NCBI RefSeq assembly: GCF_964204645.1
Contig: NC_134030.1
Span: 5,560,778-5,624,777 of the forward strand
Direction: 5' to 3'
Source of the DNA: Tubulanus polymorphus
Taxonomy: Eukaryota > Animalia > Nemertea
Length of the DNA: 64,000 bases
Every line of letters starts with the position of its first letter. The first letter of the stretch is position 1. The notes beneath the pieces are model-generated. The model searched no databases. It saw nothing but the letters and a program-made list of their open reading frames with translations, and was not told the origin of the DNA. A program made the translations under genes and the position numbers. Shown piece by piece: positions 55,701-64,000 of this stretch.

Positions 55701-57374
55701 GCATGGAAGATGAAACCTGGTTCATTCTAAAGTAATTCACGTATATTGTGGGACGTCTTGAATTATTTGATGGAATCCTTCACAACGAGTAACTCTTTTA
55801 TCTAGGTCACCAGGATAAAGTCTCCCTCGATTACAACATGTCCATCACTTAGTCATGGGCAAAAACTTGTTTTCCGCGAAACGTGCCAGACGGGAATCAA
55901 CGGCTTCCTTAATGAGGCCGATATCAAATCGCTGTAAAAAACTAACTTTTCCTTGTATTATAACGTTAATAACCGGGGGTTGTGTGTTAGCAGGCGCTTT
56001 TGCAGATCCCAATCCCTTATTGTAAAAATGTCATACTCTAAACGTTGTAATTTTCTTAATGATGTCATTCGTTTAGCAGTCATAGTTTACAAAATCTAAT
56101 TTTCCTCCCAAATGGATTTTTGGCTGGTGGTTTTTTGCGATGATTTATGCGACAGTTGCAAATTAGAGCTGCTAACTATACGACTGTTACTATTCACACA
56201 ACCGGGATTTCATTAACATCTATTTATCGAGTTATTCTCTGAACAGATGTTCCACGGTTCGGAGAGGCATGTAACCCTACCATCCAGAATGTGACTGACT
56301 ACTTGACATTACCCTCTAAGCCGCGCAGTGGTCACGATTGAGAACGGGGAAACAATTACCTGCCAAATCTTAATACTTATCAAATGTTGACCCAAAAATA
56401 AAATGGCCGACAGTCTGTGTTTGTGAGTAAACATGCGCCATATTGGTTCTTAGTCAACTGGCCCAATTGAAATCGGTTTCAGATGTACGCCGACAACGTG
56501 TCTATCCGATTAGACTTGTTCTTATCAAACATTTCACCTGATGAATAGAAATGGCTCTAATGCAAAGGTGGTTTGTTGTGGCTAGTGTTCATCTGGTATC
56601 ATAGTCGGGCTTTTATGCGCGCAATCAAAAGGATCCAAGTCAGACGTAAATGATATCTTGATATGAAAGGTTCGCAGGTTTAATAAGCCCCGGTTGACGT
56701 GTGATGATAGCTACTACCGTTAATAGAAATACGTGAACGAACAATTTCTATGCGAATAGCTCTCCGTTGACTTCTCCGCTCTATAGGACCTACGCTTTGT
56801 TCAAGATAAACAGTCGGCAAAGAAAGGAAACGAAATATTGCGTTGCGACGTCGTTTGATGTTGAAGTCGAAGTTCTCGATGTTATTATGGAGCGGTTGTA
56901 TAATACATGCACATATCCATATTTTCAATGTATGCGTAGATCAACCTTTCGAAAGCCGACTCGAACGCATCACTTAAGAAAACCGTAATAAGTGAACTTA
57001 TTCTAGGCTTATTGGCGTTATGAAGATCAGATGTTGCGGACAGTTGTTAAATGTAGATTTAAGTTTAGGCAGACAACCTCAAACATGCCGGATATTGGGG
57101 GAATATATACGATAACCTTACATAACATAGCATAGGGATGCATGATCGACGCTGCCGGAATATACTTAACAAACGCGAATGCAACGGAATATCGCTAATT
57201 CTACGCTAAGTGTAACTATTTCTGCAACAAATTAGTGCCCGATGCCATCAGTGCCACCGTGACGTCGAGAACGAAACAATAGCGCACGGTTAGGGGACGT
57301 TTTGGGCCGAATAAACAACCAAATCAATCCACTTACCCGAGCTCTTCAAACGTGCTGCTGCCGTCATCCGTCGA

Positions 57375-57660
57375 CCAATACGAATCGTCATCTGGTTGCC
57401 ATGGTAACTCTCCGAATCCACAACCTACGAAATTGGGCAATTCTCGCGCAAATTTTACCCCGAAACCGGCCGAATGTTCTCATTTTCGAACCGGACTGCG
57501 ATGCAATGGTGCGATACTACTAGACAAATGTGTAGGGGCCCGAAATAGTAATTTTGTAGGTGATCTGTCATGCCATCCATCATACAGTGCAGAGCAAAGC
57601 AAAGCAAAGCCGCCGCTCGTGCCGATTGGCTACTGTTGTGCACGTGATCCATTTAAGCCC
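57375..57660 (+). promoter_or_regulatory. Hox1/labial proximal promoter: CCAAT + X-box, Meis + Hox1/Pbx site, inverted CCAAT + E-box
   Basis: CCAAT 57375; GTTGCCATGGTAAC 57395-57408; CTGTCA 57565; CCATCCATCA 57573-57582; GATTGGCT 57624; CACGTGA 57641; ATTTAA 57651. All lie within 390 bp of the ATG. Confidence 0.65.
57594..57610. repeat. Short GCAAA pentanucleotide tandem (x3) within the Hox1 promoter
   Basis: gcaaagcaaagcaaagc. Confidence 0.7.
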
Positions 57661-57763
57661 CATAATCCTGTCAGGAGCGACGTGTAATTTAGTCTCATTT
57701 ATTACAGATTTATCTTTGCATCGACAGCTAATTTTGGACTATCATTGACACGGGGAGCAAAGT

Positions 57764-58439
57764 ATGAATTCGTCTGGTGACTATACTTTATGTAACTTGG
57801 ACACACGGACGTATACCACACCGTACGGGGCGCATGATTTAGCGAATCCGTACCACCAAGTGGCGTATAATAACAACCAAAACAATGTTCTTATGGATAC
57901 GGGACAGCTCGCGTATTCGCCTCCGTACCACGATATACACAGACTCAGTCCCGTGGATATCTCGTCGCACTACCAACAACAGAACCATAACATGATTCCG
58001 GATGTACATAGCGCCCAACAAGCGGACTATTTGGACCTAACCCCGGTCACAAACACGGACGGGCAGTATATGAATTCTGTAAATTATTATAACAACGTGA
58101 ACCACAGAGGAATAGTGCAAAACGGGGATCATAGTCCGACTGGTTGCAGCGCAGGCGGTGGGGCAAATGGTTATTACACGAATTTAGGAGGCACGGACAC
58201 GTCGAACTCTCCCGTGAATGGTTCTAGTGATTCTATGACATACATTCCACGAAATTCACCGCCGTTGTCGCATCATCCTCATCATCATCCGCATCATCAA
58301 CCAACTACACAACAACAACAACACCATCAAAACCAAGTCGATCTCCAACAACAGGGCCATGGGAACCGCCAGAGCCCCAGTCCGCCAATGGCAACTACTT
58401 ACAAATGGATGCAAATCAAGCGGACACAACCGAAGCCAG
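57764..58439 (+). CDS. lab: Hox1/labial exon 1; 3'-partial (homeobox beyond window)
   Basis: N-terminus MNSSGDYTLCN resembles PG1 MNS..(D/E)Y. His/Gln-rich tract, then the PG1-type hexapeptide TYKWMQIKR. Donor CCAG|GTATGT at 58440, phase 1. Its position 3' of Hox2 is the expected Hox1 slot. Confidence 0.92.
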
Positions 58440-61400
58440 GTATGTATGTTTTGAGTATTCTATAGGTTATTCTATATAGTGTATGTTTTAGCTATATTCA
58501 TATAGGCCTACCCCGCATGACCCTACACGAGGTTTGGTCATATATTTTGTCTTATTTGCTGTTTTCACTTTATTTAACCCATCAAAACGTGTTATTAGCA
58601 AGATTTGGTGCGTCTCGCTTCACTTTTATTCTGCGCTTTACTCCGATTTAGGCCTGTCATGTGTTTCTCGTTTTCGGCGTCATAGGTCTTCGGCGAACAT
58701 TTGCGTATGCAAACTGTCTATATCCTGTCTGGAAGAAAAAGATATCGTATAAAAGCTGCTAAAGGCTAGAGATTTCAGACTGCGGCTGTTTTGATTTCAA
58801 TTGAAAAATTGCGTCCCGGTCGTCACGTTTTCATTCATCTCGAAAACAACCATGCGCTGGGTCAGACAGTCGTCCCACTGACAAAATGATTTTCTTTTCG
58901 CCCTTTATGGAATAATCTTCTTAAAATTTACCTATTTTGTGTCAGCGACTGATGGATTTAACCGACCGCTATTAATACTTTCTGTTGCAATTGTCCACTA
59001 AGAAGTAAATCCCCTTTCGTCTGTGATTTGATAACAAACAATTTTTATTAACTGAGATTTTATGTCGAAGAAACGAATCCGTATTGCCAGAAAACATTAT
59101 ATATTCGTGGTATCTGTACTTGTATCAATTCTATATGATTTAATGTCATATGACATTTATGAATATGGTGTATTATAGACTAAAGCGAAAGTCCTACGGG
59201 ATTTATTATGATGTTTTTTAGGTCAGGTCATCCCGGGTCAGACCTGGCTGTCGCCTATATTACACCACCGGGTAATCCATTACAACATATTGTCAACGGG
59301 ACATTCTCTTTTGGTAACCGGGAAAGCTTCTTCGAATACATTTCCACCTAGATAGGCATGGAACAACGAAACAGCGCTCGCGCGCGCAGGGTCATAAATC
59401 TTCCCCAACAAGACACTCGTTCGTCTCGCGGCTTCCACAAAGATTCGCGCAGCTAAACGGTGCCATTAATTTTCCCCAGGATATAAAGCAAAATACAAGA
59501 GCGTTAGGAGGTTTGACAGTTGCATCTCAGAGCCCGGCGTACAATGCCTGCTAGTAATGATTTATGGTCTACTGTCCCGAGGCTTGATGGCAATATTAAT
59601 GGCTTTTACCGGCCTGATGATTTCCACCCGAGCTAGGCTGGCTAATGTAGGCTCAATTCCCCTGCATTGCGCGCAATGAATTGTAATCAGCATCGTTCAA
59701 GGGCCGTATTTGGTAATTACGTATATTTGAATGTAATCAGGCCTTAACGATGGCTTATATGATACCCGTTTTATGAAAAATGATCTGGTCGCTATTTCCC
59801 GCGAGATGCTTCTAAATAAATGGAAATTAACGAAACAGGCGAAATCAAAGTGAAAACTTTTTTGTCAATCATAATATGCAATGCCCACGAGAAACAGTCA
59901 GTCGATCGCTGTTTGTTTCAAATAAAACTTCAGTTTTTAATCGGAGTCATGTAAGTTTGAGCATTAAAAATGAAATTACTCGAGGCCCTTGAGGTTTTGA
60001 TAGCGTTGTTCCAAAGTGATCATAAATGCATATGTAAAACGTCATGTAATATTATTGTCCCTTGACTTGGAATAATGAAATCAACTTAGAAGCCAGCGAA
60101 ACGGTCGTGCGATGGAAATTTAGCTTTTGATGAAAATTGCCAAAGTTTTTTTCGACTTCCTTATCGGTATGTTTCTCCTTCGGTTTCAACAGGCTTGCTA
60201 TATACGCAAGTCTCTATCTTAGCAGTGGTTCGGTTGCTAGGGGTCTTAGCATATTTACTCAAATAGTCAATTTCATTCTTCCCTATCGTTGAGTCAATAT
60301 TTAACGGCAACAAAGACAGGCGTATACGATATGTTCAAAAAATACTCTCCGATTATAGACTACGGTATTCGGATCAACTTGGAAAAACACCGTTTAAAGG
60401 CATCTTTTTACCACTAGTTTCCATCTCTCGATGTAAAGTCTACGACAGGCGAGTTTCCTTGAATGTGCAATAGATGCTTCCTCAAATTCTGTCCCAACTA
60501 ATCGTGTGTACATGTGCAATACAGGAATTGTACCACTTACTACGTACATGTACCAGTAATCTAACAAAAATCATGATTAAAAATGCTGTTGAACTCGGTG
60601 ACGTTCTGTATACGTTATTGAATAGGACAGGTATTAATATTGACTTTGTCTAATTAGCGTGTGCTGCTTTACGCGATAATCTTCCAGCGTATGCGAAACC
60701 ACAAGCTCCGATGTCCCTGCATTCCGTGTCATTTTCTCTGCTAGGCGCGTCGATTTCTGCCTGCGTGAATCACGGCTGTAGTCGCAGATCAATTATTTGT
60801 TAAACTATCGACCAATTAAAGTATGATCAATAGGGAAAACATGCCTCGGCTATTGAAATCAAAGGATTTTTTCAATTCGCATTTTCTCTTTTTGGTTCCA
60901 GACGAGCAATAACATTGTGCTTATCGAATAAAGCATATAAAAGCTGCCTAATTATTATATACTATGTTATTATAGATTCTGCGTATAGGAAAACAACCTG
61001 ACGCTTGCAAAATTTCAATCTGGCGCAAGGGAAAACAAATCCGACACATTGTGCTGGGAACAATGGAACATACGATGCAGCAGAAATCGTTCAACTGTGT
61101 CTTTTTTATTGCCGGAATTAAAATTTAATTTTCTAATATCAGATTCGCGATTACGGGCAACGTTCTGAATTTAGTTATTATGACAATTCGACGCAGAATT
61201 AATCTTCCACGACCGGTTTTCATCGTAAATCCCGGGTCGAAATGAACTCTTTTTAACGTTTTAATGAGGCAATTTCGTCACCATGTGTATAAATAATTGA
61301 TATTTACAATTATTTGGAATCTAGTCATTTTCTGCTGTCTGCGTCGAGCGTGAAGAGTTACTCGAGCGTCATTTACAATTTTTGCTGTTGAATTGAAATT

Positions 61401-63793
61401 TGAAATATGATTCCGCGCCGCTGTTCCGCGTTTAGAGTTAATTTGCTGATGCAATCGACGCGCTGGAAAAAAAACTCATTTCATTCCAGCCATCGCGCGG
61501 TTAATCTCGAAAAAAGTTTGAAAGTTCAACTAAATGTTGCAAATTGCCGAGTGGCTTCAAATCGTTATCTCTACTCAACTGTAGCTGGCGCCACTGTCTA
61601 GTAGTAAACAATTCATTCTTAGAAAAACTCCCAAATTATTTTGAAGTGCTGTAGGTTGAAGATCTTATAATGTTCATTTCTTTAAGTCTCTGCTTAGATG
61701 ATTGCATAGACATTTTAACCATCTTCCTTGTATAACTATAGTAGTTGTTGAATTGTTGACCAAATATTTGGTTCTCAGGAAACAAAATGTTTAAAACTCG
61801 GTTTTCTTTATTCCTTATTCATCAAAACTTTGATAGAAAATATGGGTAATCCCGCACTTATAATGAAAAATGAAGTCCGAAATGTTTCTTGAGCTAGTTA
61901 TTCATTCGACGTTTCGAATTCAACCTAATAGTCAACACACACACGAAGTGAGCGCAAGAAATATTTTAGATTTTATATTTCATTATTCTTGTGGGATTTT
62001 CTATGCTATCACCACAGCACAGCACAGAGTGTTTCATCAGTGGTAATCTTTGATAGGAGTCGTTAATAATCTGTGTATTTTCCTATACATCAGCGGGGCA
62101 TGGATTTAATTGTATTTTTCTTTTTATTTCATCTAATTCACTCGGAAGTGTCGTGTTTTATACATCCTCCTATCCGCACATCTAGCATTTCTACGCCATT
62201 TCTCCGAATGGTTTTCATTGTTCGGATTAAAATCGGCGAGAACAAAGAGATGAAGTTAATTGTTTCGCTCTTACTCAGAAGATTTGTATTGGATTTTTCT
62301 TCATTATGCGCATTGTCGCAGGCAATCACGTCTCGTGTACTGGATGCATGTTGCCTGTCAAATGACCATGCCCAGCAATCAAACCACCTTCACTAGGGAG
62401 AAAAGAATCAAATCTACTCCAGTTTATCGCAATTTATATGCTTCTAAAGGGACGTGTTACCTTTCCGTTGTTAATTTGAAACAGTTATCAGTGTGGCTGC
62501 AATAGCTCGCGGCGATTATGAGTGTGTCTCGTGCGACATCCTAGCGAATAGGTGGAAGTGTAGACGTTGCGAACAGAACCAGACTCGTCGGTCCAGGATT
62601 CTTGGGTTCGAATCCCGCAGTGGCGAGAGTGTCCTGGTTGGCTTTATCTCAGTGTCCTTCCAGCCTAAGAAGGAAAGTAAACCTTGAAATCTCTCCTAAT
62701 AGCTGGAAGGCGCTTAAACGAGTGGGAAATGTGATGAATGAGCATGTGTAGATGCGTGCAGTAGAATATTCGAAAGGAAACTAGTAATTTCATGGGAATC
62801 AACGTAGAAATCATGTTGTTTCTGTCTTGTTTGATCTAACGTCAGCACTCTGTAATGCTATTCATCGCTTAGTGGCTGTTACTATGTTATATACGAATTA
62901 CTCCTGTGTTCAAATTTATCATCATCACCTGCCAATAAAGGGCAAATGATTTTAGAACGCTCAACACTCGTGTACGAGCATAAATCATACTCAAGCATCG
63001 ACTTCAAATACTACTCGATAGCCATATAATGGATCGCAACCACTTTAGAGACTGGATATTAATTGATGAATACCGGTCTGCGATACGTAATTATGACAAC
63101 TGGCGTTAATGTTATCCTCGCGCGGCGTCAAGTGTCAGTGAAAATTCATTTTTCAAATTCAATCAACGCGCCTCTCGGCTTCTATATATCTGTGGCTCCA
63201 TAGAAGATGAACTCCGCTTTTTATTTTACTGTAGAAAACATACTGTACAAAGAAACCTATATCTATACGATACGGTTGAGTCGGATTTTATCAATATCTA
63301 GCACTTGTCAATAACACTTGCTCCACCACCGTGTTTAAGTTAGCGAAATTTGTGAACGAATGTATATAACCGTTGACTTTTGTTCTGTACATCTTTCTTG
63401 TGCTCCTTAGAATGACATATTTGCGATACTAGTCAATAAAGTTTTGATTTGATTTGCTTTTGCTTCGGTTGTTCAGTTGGCGATTTGATTTATTACAGAC
63501 TGATTATCTAACTAGATGAATAGTTCACTTTTTGTCCAAACCCTCAACCCACCTACCAGTAATTAGTTGAGATAATTGCTCGTAAAATCCGCCGAACACT
63601 ATGTCTATAATTTTTTTACCGAGTCAAAAGAGAGTCCAAAGAACACATTGTCCGGTTCTAAATGCAGAAATTAGGGCATATTCAGTTTAAAATTCTACTA
63701 CTTACTTTGAAACCTACTTCGATCTTTTATAGTAGCATTTTTGCCATTCGCAGATTTTTTTATTCAAAACGATTCACTCTTTTCTCTTTGCAG

Positions 63794-63835
63794 GGAATAT
63801 TAACAATCACCAGAAAATGGCCTATATAACACAGG
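63794..63835 (+). CDS. Candidate 42-nt internal microexon of Hox1 (linker peptide GNINNHQKMAYITQ)
   Basis: Acceptor cactcttttctctttgcAG and donor AGG|GTAAGT. Length is a multiple of 3, and the only stop-free frame is the phase-1 frame required by Hox1 exon 1. Confidence 0.6.
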
Positions 63836-64000
63836 GTAAGTAAATCAGCATCGTGCTAAAAAATTGCTATTCCGCTTTACTATGGGTCTCGGTTGTTACT
63901 ATGGTATAGTATCGACTCGTAACAAGGAAATAGTTGCATAGTTATACACCGCCAAGCGTATCGGCTATCATTACCAATCTGTTAACCATGTGCACAGATC

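Noticed and set aside
1-64000. Prokaryotic-type systems (CRISPR arrays, operons, IS elements) and tRNA/rRNA genes
   Set aside because: The sequence is intron-containing animal DNA; no repeat-spacer array or structured RNA gene was recognised.

Overview
This is eukaryotic (bilaterian invertebrate) genomic DNA covering the anterior (3') end of a Hox cluster. Three genes lie co-oriented on the + strand in canonical order. Hox3 is represented by its last, homeobox-containing exon (3609-4420); its hexapeptide exon is upstream of the window. Hox2/proboscipedia is complete in two exons (31692-31953 and 40173-41893, 660 aa). Hox1/labial is represented by its first exon (57764-58439); its homeobox is beyond the window. 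A canonical, non-zen-like Hox3 and the lab/pb motifs suggest a non-insect invertebrate, possibly a lophotrochozoan (inference). The other six-frame ORFs look like non-coding noise. The most interesting signals are outside the ORF track: (1) a frame-preserving 42-nt candidate microexon in the Hox1 hexapeptide-homeodomain linker; (2) a Hox1/Pbx + Meis element in the Hox1 promoter resembling known autoregulatory elements; (3) a CCAAT + E-box promoter module shared by Hox1 and Hox2; (4) a CCAAT + RFX X-box module with identical spacing at Hox1 and at an orphan intergenic site; (5) a doubled Pbx-Meis decamer between Hox2 and Hox1; (6) clustered miR-10 seed sites downstream of Hox3; (7) candidate spliced exons of an unannotated intergenic transcript. 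Only a few small MITE-like insertions were recognised. All motif calls were made by eye and are untested.
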